64,000 bases of DNA, taken from the sequence record PP952733.1, one strand, 5' to 3'. This document shows, piece after piece, positions 24,538-34,915 of this stretch; the stretch's first letter is position 1; every line of letters starts with the position of its first letter. The notes beneath the pieces are model-generated. The model was not told the DNA's origin, did no database searches, and saw only the letters and a list, made by a program, of their open reading frames with translations. The position numbers were made by a program, and so were the translations under genes. The DNA is from Escherichia phage vB_EcoM_H12.

Positions 24538-27267
24538 TTAGTGAACCTCAAGCCAGCTTTTACCAACCTTACCAGTACCTGTAACAAGTGTTTCTTTCTT
24601 AAGACCTAAGTTCTTAGAAGCTTGTCCATAATACCAGTCAGTAACTGCTTTCACTTCTGCCGTCATACTTTCTGGACATTCCCAGCTTGTTTCATCGTGA
24701 TATGCGCAGAGCAAACGAGCACCAATAGCTGGTTGACGACCATTCAACTTCATCAAACCTTCGTCAATCATACGACGACAAGCAAGGTTAATTGCCTCGT
24801 TTTGAATCTGAGCCTCCGAACCCATAAGCAAATAATTCAATAGCTTATGTGGAGATTTACACCATAACCAAGCTCCAGCAACCTTTACAAAACCCCCTTT
24901 AGAGATTGCAGCAGTCTTACCAAACACCTCTTCAAGTGCCTTTTTAGTCGCTTTGTAGTCAGCTTCCAAGTCATCTAGCAGCTTCTTAATTTTAGGCAAA
25001 CGAATAAAGTAAGTCTGTTTAGTCAGTGCACCTTCCTGAGTAGTTGCAGCCTTAATTGTCTTAGCAAACTTCTCATCACCTGCACCGAACAGTAGTGCAT
25101 AGATACCATTCTTAGCTTTCTTACGACCCTTACTAATCTCATGAAGAAGATTCTCATCCTGAGTAGCTCGACAAGTCAAGATATCCTGCTCATCATTCAA
25201 GCTAAAGTAAATACTGTTCAGTGTGTGTGCATCAGTCCCTGAATAGACAACGTAAAGGTCGTTCTCAGAGTCATAGTGAAGGTACTTATCAACCTCTGGG
25301 TTGAGGTACTCATCAAAGTGTTTGCAGTAATAGCGTCCATCTTCTTGACGAATAAACTCAATCTCTTCTTTACCTTGCGTTACCGCTTTGGTGAAGTCTT
25401 TGTCACCCATAAAGTTACAAAGAAGAACTAGCTGGGCTGAGTTCATGTCTACAGAGACAACGTTAGTACCTTCTTCACAAATCCACACTGCCCTCATTGG
25501 TTCCCCATAGACAGCAGCACCAGACGGTACGTTTACAATACCATACTGTGTCATACGTCCAGTTGAAGTACCAAACACCATTGCACCAGCACTAAGGCGA
25601 CCATCTGGACGAATCTGGTTCAACCAACCTTTTTCATCATCCTTTGAGTTCTCAATAGTTCTGCGTCTGTGCATCAAAGTATAGTACTTAGCAATCTTCT
25701 GTCCAAGCTCACCTTCAATCGTATCATAAGATGATTCAGTAAGTTTTGGTGAAGTACGGATTAAGCAAGGCTCAAGCAAATCTGTGTACTTCTTCACAGA
25801 CCAGTTATGTTCAATGTACTGGACACCTTCATGTTCAACATAACTCAAACCACACCGTTCCACCATCTCATCCCACTTAGGATGTTTTGTAATCATCTTT
25901 TTGTTGTCTTTGAAACGACAAACCTTAACAGGACGACCATCTGAGTCTTTCTTGTAGTTCCAGTCATCTGGAATCCAACCAACTGATTTCAAGTAGTCTT
26001 TAACAACTGCTACCTGAGTCATACGAGAAACTTCGAACTCAATTGGTGTATATGGTGCATCAATCAAACCTGTGTAGCGACTTGACTCAAGTTCAAAGTG
26101 GTTAACAACATGACTGTTATAGTACTTCACAGTTTTAACTGTTTTTACTGGCTTCCAGTCTTTACACTTCTTACCAATCTTTGCATTCAACTCATTGCAA
26201 ATTGCACGAGCATCCTTCATTGCTACAAAGCCTTCCTTGTACTCTTCGCCAGTTACAGAGTTGGTTGGTGTATAGCAATTCCGCTTTTCAATGTTAAAAA
26301 TCTTTGTAGTTGGCTTACCAAATGGCTTGATTTCATATGTCTGCATCTCACCGTTACGTACCTGCTGACGATACTTTGTCTTAGGGTACTTGGTAATTCT
26401 CTTCAGTCCATCTGCATGACCGAATGCTTCAACATACTCATTCCAAGCTTTTGCAAATTCTTCTCCAGTGACTTTACCTTTGGTCTTAATAGTTGGAGGA
26501 AGATGTGGTTCAACTTCTGAAGCAAGCTCATTAGTCAACTTGTCAAGTTCCTTTACATGGAACTCCATAAGTTCTTTATCAGCTTTCCAACCATTGATAG
26601 CTTGTTGACTCATCCAGAAAGATGTTTCTTTAGCTCGCATGTAGGTTTCATAAGTATCTACGCCACACTTCTTCAGCTTGAGATATTCATTATCCAGTGC
26701 GCGTTTAGTTTTGGCGTTAATACGAATATCTTCTACAACACGAGTGAAGATTTCTGCATTCCACACACCCCAATGTTCAATCTCTGGTTTACGTACACCA
26801 ACACGAGCACCCCATGCTGCCAAGCCATGAGCGCCTTTATAGCCTTTTGGAGTTGGTCTATCCATCCACTGAACACGAGACTGGATAAGAGAATCCTGAA
26901 AGAAATTACTCCACGGCTTACACTTTGGATTATCAAAGTTCCACAAATCAGGTGCAATGTGATTGAAAACCCACCAGTCATATCCCAGACCATTATGGAT
27001 GCAAAGTCGTTTTGCCTTTAACGCAAACTCAACACCTTCACGCAAGCCACCCTTAATGTACTTGGTATACTTGTGACCGAGGATAGGTTCATCTGTAAAG
27101 ACCCATACAGGCGGCTCTTCATCGTCAGATTTATAGTCTGCGAAAGCCATTACGTGCACTTTAGTGAACTCAAGGAGTAAACCATCAGTTTCTGTATCAC
27201 CAACTAAATGTAAGTTTTTAAAATCTACGTTTTCCATTTTTACTCCCTCTAAAATCATTAACCTCAT
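24538..27267 (-). CDS. family A DNA polymerase with 3'-5' exonuclease domain
   Basis: 909 aa; N-terminal Exo I motif VGDTETDGL; C-terminal polymerase motif C (YHDE). Confidence 0.9.
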   Translation of the reverse strand: MRLMILEGVKMENVDFKNLHLVGDTETDGLLLEFTKVHVMAFADYKSDDEEPPVWVFTDEPILGHKYTKYIKGGLREGVEFALKAKRLCIHNGLGYDWWVFNHIAPDLWNFDNPKCKPWSNFFQDSLIQSRVQWMDRPTPKGYKGAHGLAAWGARVGVRKPEIEHWGVWNAEIFTRVVEDIRINAKTKRALDNEYLKLKKCGVDTYETYMRAKETSFWMSQQAINGWKADKELMEFHVKELDKLTNELASEVEPHLPPTIKTKGKVTGEEFAKAWNEYVEAFGHADGLKRITKYPKTKYRQQVRNGEMQTYEIKPFGKPTTKIFNIEKRNCYTPTNSVTGEEYKEGFVAMKDARAICNELNAKIGKKCKDWKPVKTVKTVKYYNSHVVNHFELESSRYTGLIDAPYTPIEFEVSRMTQVAVVKDYLKSVGWIPDDWNYKKDSDGRPVKVCRFKDNKKMITKHPKWDEMVERCGLSYVEHEGVQYIEHNWSVKKYTDLLEPCLIRTSPKLTESSYDTIEGELGQKIAKYYTLMHRRRTIENSKDDEKGWLNQIRPDGRLSAGAMVFGTSTGRMTQYGIVNVPSGAAVYGEPMRAVWICEEGTNVVSVDMNSAQLVLLCNFMGDKDFTKAVTQGKEEIEFIRQEDGRYYCKHFDEYLNPEVDKYLHYDSENDLYVVYSGTDAHTLNSIYFSLNDEQDILTCRATQDENLLHEISKGRKKAKNGIYALLFGAGDEKFAKTIKAATTQEGALTKQTYFIRLPKIKKLLDDLEADYKATKKALEEVFGKTAAISKGGFVKVAGAWLWCKSPHKLLNYLLMGSEAQIQNEAINLACRRMIDEGLMKLNGRQPAIGARLLCAYHDETSWECPESMTAEVKAVTDWYYGQASKNLGLKKETLVTGTGKVGKSWLEVH

Positions 27268-27494
27268 ACATTACTGCAAAAAATTATAAAAAGCAAGTTG
27301 ACAATGTACTTGACAAGGTGTTAATCTTTGCGAAGTGGGTTTTTACTTAAAAGGTTACTTAACAGTTTAACTATACAGATACTTTAAAACTCTTAAAAGA
27401 TTATTTAATAGCTTTTAAAAAGCTTTAAAGTATAACGTATAGAATACGTTAAGATAAAAGATTAAAACTTAATAGTTACTTAAAAGAGGCTTAC
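27268..27494. promoter_or_regulatory. divergent AT-rich control region
   Basis: Two overlapping TTGACA hexamers (27296-27313); palindromes AGCTTTTTAAAAAGCT and AACGTAT-AGA-ATACGTT. Confidence 0.4.
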
Positions 27495-27917
27495 ATGCAG
27501 AAAATGTTTGTTCACCCAGACATAGCTGACTTTGTTAGGGCTTTGCAGAAGTTGGAAGAACTTGACATTGCTGCTCAACGGGAATATGCTCACCATCACA
27601 GGAGAATGGTTGATATACAACATGAAATAGAGTTGTCTGAAAACTATGAAGATGACTTAAAATGCTCTGTATTTGAGCATATGAAAGATGTTGCTACAGC
27701 GAGACGTAAAGCTAAAGATACAGTTGCTTTACTAGATTCTCTTAAAAAGAGGTTGCAAAGTGGTACAGACCTGTGTAATCTAGCGTCACTGATTAACGAT
27801 GTTGAAACTTCTTGGGATAGACATTACTATCCACGTTCTGAAAAGGCACTTGACTTTTCTTCATCAGAAAACTTAAAATATTCTAGAAAGAAACTTAACC
27901 AACTGAGAGAGAAATAA
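27495..27917 (+). CDS. hypothetical protein
   Basis: 140 aa; first gene after divergent region. Confidence 0.4.
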   Translation: MQKMFVHPDIADFVRALQKLEELDIAAQREYAHHHRRMVDIQHEIELSENYEDDLKCSVFEHMKDVATARRKAKDTVALLDSLKKRLQSGTDLCNLASLINDVETSWDRHYYPRSEKALDFSSSENLKYSRKKLNQLREK

Positions 27918-27918
27918 T

Positions 27919-28731
27919 ATGAATACTACTGTAGACCAGATGCTTGAAGAAAAAGGTATTGACGAAGCATTCTTAATCAATGCCGTAGAAAGCATGGCTA
28001 TTATTCTTCGTGGAAACAACTACACAGAACAGTTTATGCCTGCAAGCTATAACTTGCCTAAAGACAAGTCTGATAACGGTGCTTTTGCAGAACAGGTTAA
28101 TATGATGCTGTGTGACAAAACGCTTGCTTTAGCATCTATCGTTGTAGGTGTTGATGCTCTTGCAGAGTTCATTTTTTATGAGATGCAGAAAAATGACTAT
28201 ATTGCCATGACCTCTGAAGAAAAAGACTCGCTACTGCTCTTAGATAATAATGAGCTAGTTGACCTGTTAATTTCGTCAACTAGTGCTGTTATGGCTGCTC
28301 TTGAGAAGCGCATGGAAGAGAAGTTGTCACGATATGAAAAACTTGATTGGGGTGTAGAAGAGTTAAACCCACGAATCAAAGAGATTATCCAGCAAACTAA
28401 AGACTCTTTAGCAGAAGCTGTGAAAGATGATTCTGTAGCTGATGTAGAACCACTACAGGTGAAGGTCGCTCTGATGATTCCAGCTATTTCTACAATGATG
28501 AATATCGTTGCACTAATCCAACTTTCTCAGATGTTGGGTGTCACCATTGAGTTCGTTGAGGAGATGACTGGTGGTGTAAGTATGCAAGCAATCAATGATG
28601 TTTTGGTAAACATTGGTGCTTCAATCATTGAAGAGAAACTGCGTATTAACTTCGGTGATGATTTTGTGAAGCAAATCTCAGCTATGGCTGAAAAAGAACA
28701 CTCACAGATTAATACTGACCGACTGCACTAA
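27919..28731 (+). CDS. hypothetical acidic protein
   Basis: 270 aa; coupled to upstream gene. Confidence 0.4.
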   Translation: MNTTVDQMLEEKGIDEAFLINAVESMAIILRGNNYTEQFMPASYNLPKDKSDNGAFAEQVNMMLCDKTLALASIVVGVDALAEFIFYEMQKNDYIAMTSEEKDSLLLLDNNELVDLLISSTSAVMAALEKRMEEKLSRYEKLDWGVEELNPRIKEIIQQTKDSLAEAVKDDSVADVEPLQVKVALMIPAISTMMNIVALIQLSQMLGVTIEFVEEMTGGVSMQAINDVLVNIGASIIEEKLRINFGDDFVKQISAMAEKEHSQINTDRLH

Positions 28732-28752
28732 GTCTTTATAAACCTTACAAGC

Positions 28753-28780
28753 CTCCTTAGTTGGGGGCTTTTTAGTAATT
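28753..28780 (+). terminator. probable intrinsic terminator
   Basis: GCCTCC ... GGGGGC imperfect hairpin then TTTTT. Confidence 0.35.
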
Positions 28781-28792
28781 AAGGGAGACAAA

Positions 28793-29536
28793 ATGAGTAA
28801 TATTATTGCATTTACTGGAAAGGCACGTTCTGGAAAAGACACCTCATGTTCTATTGTTAAGAATATCTTAGAAGATGAGTATGGCTACAATGTTGCAGTA
28901 ATGGCATATGCAGACAACCTTAAGCTATCTGCATCAAAGATATTTGACCTGACTTGGAATGACCTATACGGTGAAACTAAAGAGACTCCACAGGTTTTTG
29001 ATTTATCATACTCTGAACTAATGTTCAAAGTTACAGAAGCTATGGAGTTCACCTTCAGAGATGAACGTTACCATATGGACTTTAAGCTTATGTCGGAGTT
29101 AACCGGACGATTAATCATGGAACTTAAGAAGGTCGCTAAACCGACTCTATTGACACGTCTGGGGTTTAGTAAAAAGTATAAATTCTCATCAAGGCAAATT
29201 CAACAGATTTGGGGCACTGAAGTTATCCGTAAAGTTATGGGTGACAAATTCTGGGCTAAAGACCTCGAAACACGGATGGTTCGCTTCTTTGAATCTTGTT
29301 CACTAAGGAATCAAGAGGGTGTTGTTTTAATCAGTGACTTAAGGTTTGACTCTGAAGCTGAGTGGCTGAGTAGATTTGCACACCAAACTATTGAAGTAAA
29401 AAGAGACAATGTGGATAAGGTTTCATCACATGTTTCAGAAAATGGGATTTCTACCAAATATGCGCGTGACATTATCCATAATAATGGTACTCTTGAAGAC
29501 CTTGAAAGCAAGCTAAGAGCTATCCTGAAAATTTAA
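28793..29536 (+). CDS. putative deoxynucleoside monophosphate kinase
   Basis: N-terminal P-loop FTGKARSGKDT; size and context match phage dNMP kinases. Confidence 0.55.
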   Translation: MSNIIAFTGKARSGKDTSCSIVKNILEDEYGYNVAVMAYADNLKLSASKIFDLTWNDLYGETKETPQVFDLSYSELMFKVTEAMEFTFRDERYHMDFKLMSELTGRLIMELKKVAKPTLLTRLGFSKKYKFSSRQIQQIWGTEVIRKVMGDKFWAKDLETRMVRFFESCSLRNQEGVVLISDLRFDSEAEWLSRFAHQTIEVKRDNVDKVSSHVSENGISTKYARDIIHNNGTLEDLESKLRAILKI

Positions 29537-29544
29537 AATGGAGA

Positions 29545-29745
29545 ATGAAGATGAGAGTAAAAGATAATTTTAAGGTTATTGACCATCGTTTAGTGGAACT
29601 CTCATCTCTTTCCAATGAGGTAATGATTGAACGTCTTAAGAGAGTTGAATCACGAAGGAAAGAGATTGCAGATGAGATTCATGAACTGGACAAGATTGAA
29701 AATGGATTGAAGGCAGAACTACAACGAAGAGGTGCTAATGTCTAA
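29545..29745 (+). CDS. small coiled-coil protein
   Basis: 66 aa; overlaps primase start. Confidence 0.3.
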   Translation: MKMRVKDNFKVIDHRLVELSSLSNEVMIERLKRVESRRKEIADEIHELDKIENGLKAELQRRGANV

Positions 29746-31723
29746 AGGTCGTAAATTGAAAGAGGCTGGTCAGTTTATTGGTCATTGTGCATGTCCACGT
29801 TGTGGTTCATCAGATGCTGGTTCAATCTACCATCATGACGATGATTCTTATTCGATGACTTGCTTTAGTTGTAACAAAGGTTTCCCAGAGTGGGATTTTG
29901 ATAAAGGACAAATCGTGAGCACTTATTCTACCGGTTCAGATAATAAAAACCGTACTTTCCGTGGAATGGATTTAGATGATGTAAAAGAAAACCTAGAAGC
30001 AATGGACTTGAAAGACAGGAAGATTCCTGCAAAAGTCCTTGAACGTTTGGGTATCAAGGTTGACATTGACAGTGATGGTGAAATTGACGCACATTTCTAC
30101 CCAACTTACAAACGTAATGAAGATGGCAAGCTAGAACATGTTGGCTACCGTGTTCGTCACCGTTACCCAGAAGACCACCCAAAAGAACACCTACGTGGTA
30201 AGCTAAAAGACTTTTCAGGTGGTGTTGGAGATATTAAAGGCGAACTGGCAATGTTCGGTTCATGGATTGCTCCAGAAGGTGGGAACCGACTGTTCATCTG
30301 GGAAGGTGAGATGGAATGTGCGACAGCTATCTACATGACTTCTTTGGCGATTAAAGATAAGTCTCGTCGTAAGAATTACTGTCACGTATCTGTTCCATCA
30401 GGTGCAAACATTAAGTCTATTAAGGACAACTATCAGTACATCACATCATTTGATGAGATTTACTTGTGCTTTGATAACGATGAAGCAGGTGCTAAAGCTA
30501 CCAAAGAGGCTGCTGGTATCCTACCTATTGAGAAGGTTCGTTTGTTCCAGTATCCAGAAGGTGTAAAAGACCTTAACGAATGGTGGACAAAGTTCTATAA
30601 AGAGAAAGACACAGTTCTGGAAGGATTTAAACAGCGTATCTACAACGCACCTCGTTACTGCCCTGCTGGTATCAAGAACTTCGCAGATGGTTTTGAGGCA
30701 ATGAAGAATCGTGGTCAGATTCCATTGATTCCTTTCCCAGAATCTTTCGGGGATTTGAATAGGTTGACTTATGGTGGTTACGGTTTAGGTGAGATTACAA
30801 CTCTGGCAGCACCATCTTCAGTAGGTAAATCAGCATACACCCGTGAAATGATTTACACTGCTTGGAAGGAAACCGATTACAATATTGGTGTAATTCCAGT
30901 TGAAGATACCTATGAAGAGTTGATGGAGATGCTATGTGCAATCCACCTGAGCAAGCAGATTTCTGAGATTCCTTATGACGAACGTGATTGGGATGAATTA
31001 AAGGAAGCACACGCAGAACTATCTAAAGGTCGTCGTATCCACATCGTAGACCATCAAGGGGCAATTGACCAAGATAACCTGCTGGAATTTGTTGACTATC
31101 TTGTTAACAGTTTAGACTGTAAGATTATTATTCTTGACCCTATTACGTTGGCTCTGTCACGTTCAGATACGGATGAAGAGGAAGTTTTGTCTGAACTATT
31201 GCGTCGTTGCAAACGCTATCAGTATGCACAGGTTAACGTCTGTCACGTTCGTAAGAGTGCAGGTGGTCAGAAAGCCAACTCTGAAGGTGGAGATATCTCT
31301 GAAGAGGATATTAAGGGTTCTGGTGCATACTTCCAGATTTCCATGAACAACATTCTGTTAATGCGTAACAAGGTTGACCCAGACCCTGTTAAGAAAAACT
31401 TGACAAAAATCAAGTTAACTAAGTGTCGTCGTCATGGTAAGTCAACAGGTATTGCTGGTCATACTTGGTACAATCCAGACACAGGACGTCTTATCAAAGC
31501 TTCTGGGTGTGGTGTTGACATTGATGGTGCAGCAGAAAATATTCGTCAACAGTTTGGTATTGGTGAAGCTGAAGACCATTATGATGACTCTTTACCTCAT
31601 TATGAGGATGAAGTGTTTGACCGTGAGACTGGTGAAGTTTATACTGAAGAACAGCGTCAAAGCTCAACGATTCCACCTGTATTAAGTGAGGATGCAGATG
31701 ACTGCCCGTTTGAAACTGAGTGA
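29732..31723 (+). CDS. bifunctional DNA primase-helicase (T7 gp4-like)
   Basis: N-terminal Cys4 zinc ribbon (CACPRCG ... CFSCNKGF); DnaB-type Walker A (APSSVGKSAY) and helicase motifs in C-terminal half. Confidence 0.85.
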   Translation: MLMSKGRKLKEAGQFIGHCACPRCGSSDAGSIYHHDDDSYSMTCFSCNKGFPEWDFDKGQIVSTYSTGSDNKNRTFRGMDLDDVKENLEAMDLKDRKIPAKVLERLGIKVDIDSDGEIDAHFYPTYKRNEDGKLEHVGYRVRHRYPEDHPKEHLRGKLKDFSGGVGDIKGELAMFGSWIAPEGGNRLFIWEGEMECATAIYMTSLAIKDKSRRKNYCHVSVPSGANIKSIKDNYQYITSFDEIYLCFDNDEAGAKATKEAAGILPIEKVRLFQYPEGVKDLNEWWTKFYKEKDTVLEGFKQRIYNAPRYCPAGIKNFADGFEAMKNRGQIPLIPFPESFGDLNRLTYGGYGLGEITTLAAPSSVGKSAYTREMIYTAWKETDYNIGVIPVEDTYEELMEMLCAIHLSKQISEIPYDERDWDELKEAHAELSKGRRIHIVDHQGAIDQDNLLEFVDYLVNSLDCKIIILDPITLALSRSDTDEEEVLSELLRRCKRYQYAQVNVCHVRKSAGGQKANSEGGDISEEDIKGSGAYFQISMNNILLMRNKVDPDPVKKNLTKIKLTKCRRHGKSTGIAGHTWYNPDTGRLIKASGCGVDIDGAAENIRQQFGIGEAEDHYDDSLPHYEDEVFDRETGEVYTEEQRQSSTIPPVLSEDADDCPFETE

Positions 31724-31793
31724 TAGTTATAAAAGAGAGGGGTTCATACCCTTCTTTGAAGAAAAAAGTTTAAATAAATTTCAGGAAGAGTGT

Positions 31794-31822
31794 TTGACAA
31801 AGATTGATAGGTTCTATAGAAT
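31794..31822 (+). promoter_or_regulatory. sigma70-like promoter
   Basis: TTGACA-N17-TAGAAT. Confidence 0.5.
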
Positions 31823-31975
31823 GCTCTACATGAAATGTGATGGAGGCGTTGAGGTAGAAGAAAAGTTCCATCACAGTATGATAACAGTCACTATTACTAT
31901 ACCTCGACATAATATTGGTTGGTTGTTTATAATTAAAGAAAATGTGTTTGAATATCAAGTATATCGGAGAATATC

Positions 31976-32125
31976 ATGAAACACTCTAAAGCATTTGAAA
32001 AAGTTTTTGGGGATTCCTTAAAAGCCACTGCTGGCAAACCAGCAAAATACTATGAAGAGAAGCGTGTAAGAACTGGAAAAACTGCACGTAAAGCAGCTTC
32101 TAAAGATAAGCACAACTTCCAGTAA
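31976..32125 (+). CDS. small basic protein (49 aa; below ORF-track size cutoff)
   Basis: ATG at 31976 preceded by GGAGA; Lys/Arg-rich product. Confidence 0.3.
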   Translation: MKHSKAFEKVFGDSLKATAGKPAKYYEEKRVRTGKTARKAASKDKHNFQ

Positions 32126-32132
32126 TTAATGT

Positions 32133-32161
32133 TTGACAATAGAGTATCAACAAATTAGAAT
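32133..32161 (+). promoter_or_regulatory. sigma70-like promoter for SSB gene
   Basis: TTGACA-N17-TAGAAT, ~35 nt upstream of the ATG. Confidence 0.55.
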
Positions 32162-32197
32162 TGGTACTCTTCATAAATTGAGATAGAGGTTTAAATA

Positions 32198-33055
32198 ATG
32201 TCTAAAGTTGTTAAAATGAAAGCTCCGGTAGAGAAGTACAACGGTACTGAACGTCAAACTCTGCGTTACCTGCTGAAAGATGTCTGGTTTTATTACCTGA
32301 ACACTTCACCACGTCCGGGAAAAGGTAAATCAATTGATAAGAAATTCCCAGGAAAAGACTGCAACTACAGTGTTTCAATTCTGGCAGAAGATGGTAACAA
32401 GCTGTTTAAAGAGTTCACTAAGTCTAAGAGAAACCCAGAAGGTTGGGATAAAGTTACTACTGAAGCAGTTGATGCAGATGACTTCGAAGAGAAGTTTGGT
32501 TGCAAACCACCATTTGAAGCAGACACTTACTACATCTTGAAAGTAAGTCGTGCAGCAGCTTATAAGGATGGTGCTGTGTGGACAGCTAAACAGTCATTCC
32601 CTGTAATGCTGATTGAAGAAGTAAACGGTAAGCGTGTAGCTGTTAAGCAGCCGATGAAGAAAATCAAAGCTCAAGCATCTGATAAGCATGAAGATGACAA
32701 GAACTATGATGTAATTCATCCAGATATTGCAGTTGGTAACGGTTCTTTTGGTAGTGTGATTCTTTCTACTCACTTCTACACCTTTGAGAACAATGTTCTG
32801 ACAAAACCTATTCAGGAACAGTTTATCATTGATACTCTTGTGCCTTACACTGGTGGTAACGGTGCTAATGGCGAACCTGAACTGGATGAAGACGAACTGG
32901 CTATGCTTGGTCTTGATGGTGTTGAAGATAACGGTGAAATCACTGAAGAAGATGCAAAAGACCACAAACCTTCGAATGATTCTGATGATGGTGACGATGA
33001 AGACTTGCCAGACCCAGATGACGAAGGAGATGAAGACTTCGATACAGAAGACTAA
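32198..33055 (+). CDS. single-stranded DNA-binding protein
   Basis: 285 aa; strongly acidic C-terminal tail (DDGDDEDLPDPDDEGDEDFDTED) as in T7 gp2.5-type SSBs; own strong promoter. Confidence 0.6.
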   Translation: MSKVVKMKAPVEKYNGTERQTLRYLLKDVWFYYLNTSPRPGKGKSIDKKFPGKDCNYSVSILAEDGNKLFKEFTKSKRNPEGWDKVTTEAVDADDFEEKFGCKPPFEADTYYILKVSRAAAYKDGAVWTAKQSFPVMLIEEVNGKRVAVKQPMKKIKAQASDKHEDDKNYDVIHPDIAVGNGSFGSVILSTHFYTFENNVLTKPIQEQFIIDTLVPYTGGNGANGEPELDEDELAMLGLDGVEDNGEITEEDAKDHKPSNDSDDGDDEDLPDPDDEGDEDFDTED

Positions 33056-33076
33056 TCTCTAAAAGTTACTTTAAAG

Positions 33077-33105
33077 CCCTGTACTTAGTATGGGGCTTTT
33101 TCATA
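33077..33105 (+). terminator. intrinsic terminator after SSB gene
   Basis: AGCCC ... GGGGCT hairpin followed by TTTTT. Confidence 0.45.
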
Positions 33106-33117
33106 TGGAGAGTCACA

Positions 33118-34158
33118 ATGGAGAAGTATACGCTAACAAAACTTCCCGATTCAGTTACACATGTCTTTATTGATTCTGACAGTATTGCCTATAAAGGTGC
33201 TTGTGTAGTTGAGAAAGCAAAATATAAATACATCAATAAACTCACAGCAGAAGAATCTGAATCATTTGATAATGCAAAAGATGCTGCAAGATGGTTAGCA
33301 GACCAGAGAATCTTTGTAGAAGAGCTTGGCCTAACATTTGATGAAGATGAATGGGAAAGACAGACTTGGAAAGAAGCTAAGAGTGAAAAAGAAGCTATAA
33401 TGGCGACTCAGCAGGTTCTTCAGGAATGGCTTAAGGTTGTTGGTAAAGAAAGAACTTGGGTAGGTTACTTAACAGAGAAGGGTGTACATAAACATAAAGA
33501 CATTAAAGGTCTTGAGCACCAATATCAAGGTAACCGTAAAGAGGCTGTCACACCAACACACTTAGTTGCTTGTCGTGAATATCTTCTGTCAAGACCAGAG
33601 TTCAAGCTTTTAAAAGGTGGCTTTGAAGCTGACTCAATCGTAATTGCTAAAGCTGAAAAGATGGGTAAGAAGGCTGCTCTTATGAGTATTGACAAAGACC
33701 TTCGACAAGCTGAAGGGACTTATTGTATTGACATGACTTATGAGAAGTCACCACTAATTTTTATTGCTGACAATAATGTTGGTAATATCTGGGATTGTCC
33801 TATCAAATCAAAACCAAAAGCTGCAAAAACAGTTGGTGTAGGTTTTAAATTCTTGTGTTATCAGGCTGTTGCTGGGGATAATGCAGACAACTACTTCGGC
33901 CTTAAAGGTGCTGGTAAAGTAGCTGTGATGAATGCTTTAGATGGTAAAGAGACCTATAAAGAGTGCCTTGATGCTATCTATGAACTCTATGCTAAAAAAG
34001 AGTCATACACCTATGTATCATGGGATGGACAGACTATCACAAAGACACCATTAGAGTTAATGGAACAGCATTTCTGGATAGCATATCAAGAGAGAAATCC
34101 AAAAGATAATTTCTCTTTTAAGAAATATAATTGGGAGCCGTGTATGAATGAAGATTAA
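33118..34158 (+). CDS. 5'-3' exonuclease (T7 gp6-like)
   Basis: Motifs matching T7 gene 6 exonuclease as recalled (SIDKDL ~ SCDKDF; GDNADNYFGLKGAG ~ GDITDGYSGIAGWG). Confidence 0.6.
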   Translation: MEKYTLTKLPDSVTHVFIDSDSIAYKGACVVEKAKYKYINKLTAEESESFDNAKDAARWLADQRIFVEELGLTFDEDEWERQTWKEAKSEKEAIMATQQVLQEWLKVVGKERTWVGYLTEKGVHKHKDIKGLEHQYQGNRKEAVTPTHLVACREYLLSRPEFKLLKGGFEADSIVIAKAEKMGKKAALMSIDKDLRQAEGTYCIDMTYEKSPLIFIADNNVGNIWDCPIKSKPKAAKTVGVGFKFLCYQAVAGDNADNYFGLKGAGKVAVMNALDGKETYKECLDAIYELYAKKESYTYVSWDGQTITKTPLELMEQHFWIAYQERNPKDNFSFKKYNWEPCMNED

Positions 34159-34645
34159 AGGATTTGGCAATTGTCCTACCTATGGTCATTGGGTATCTTT
34201 ATGTGGGGAAGTTGACCCCACTAAACATTTTGGCTTTGTCTATTTAGTACACTGTAAGAAAACCGGACAATACTATATCGGAAAGAAACAGCTTAATAGT
34301 GTGACCAAAAGAAAGGTTGCTGGGAAGACTCGGAAGAAGGTAGTCACTAAGGAAAGTGATTGGATGACTTACGAGACTTCTTCTGAGTATATTAAAAAAG
34401 ATATTGAGAGCTTTGGAAAAGAATTTTTTGACTTTTACATTATTCAGACCTACTACACTAAAGGCGGTCTAGTTTATGGCGAAGCAAACCTTCAACATAA
34501 ATTCGATGTAATGACAAAAAGGATTGACTCTAAGCTCAGACTCTTCTACAATGCCAATATTGCAGCAATTAAGTTTATTACTAAAGAAACTTATGAAGAT
34601 GCTGAAAAAAGAATCCATAAGGTAATGAAAGCAAATTGTGCTTGA
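34148..34645 (+). CDS. GIY-YIG domain protein, putative homing endonuclease
   Basis: N-terminal GFVYLVHCKKTGQYYIGKK matches the GIY-(x10)-YIG signature. Confidence 0.5.
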   Translation: MKIKGFGNCPTYGHWVSLCGEVDPTKHFGFVYLVHCKKTGQYYIGKKQLNSVTKRKVAGKTRKKVVTKESDWMTYETSSEYIKKDIESFGKEFFDFYIIQTYYTKGGLVYGEANLQHKFDVMTKRIDSKLRLFYNANIAAIKFITKETYEDAEKRIHKVMKANCA

Positions 34646-34651
34646 TAACTA

Positions 34652-34915
34652 TTGAGAGAGAATAAAATGTTTAACAAAAGCAAAGCTGTGAGTCATGTAG
34701 CAAAAGTTGACAGCAAGATTGAAGAACTTGAGCGCATCCTTGCAAATGCTAGAGAGTCAATAATCAAAGAAGTTGAAGCTGTTGAATCTCAAATGCAGCA
34801 CCTAATGCTTAAACGTCAAGAGCTACGTGAGCATCTAGAATATATTGAAACACGAGAGCTAAAAGTTAACAGATATTTTAAGGAGTCCGAATGTTTAACT
34901 CAAGAGAATCAGTAA
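34652..34915 (+). CDS. small coiled-coil protein
   Basis: 87 aa, heptad-like E/L/K-rich. Confidence 0.3.
   Translation: MRENKMFNKSKAVSHVAKVDSKIEELERILANARESIIKEVEAVESQMQHLMLKRQELREHLEYIETRELKVNRYFKESECLTQENQ

Noticed and set aside
31686-31979. 97 aa ORF overlapping the end of the primase-helicase gene
   Set aside because: It starts at GTG inside the primase gene and contains a near-consensus promoter (31794-31822); more likely intergenic leader sequence than coding.
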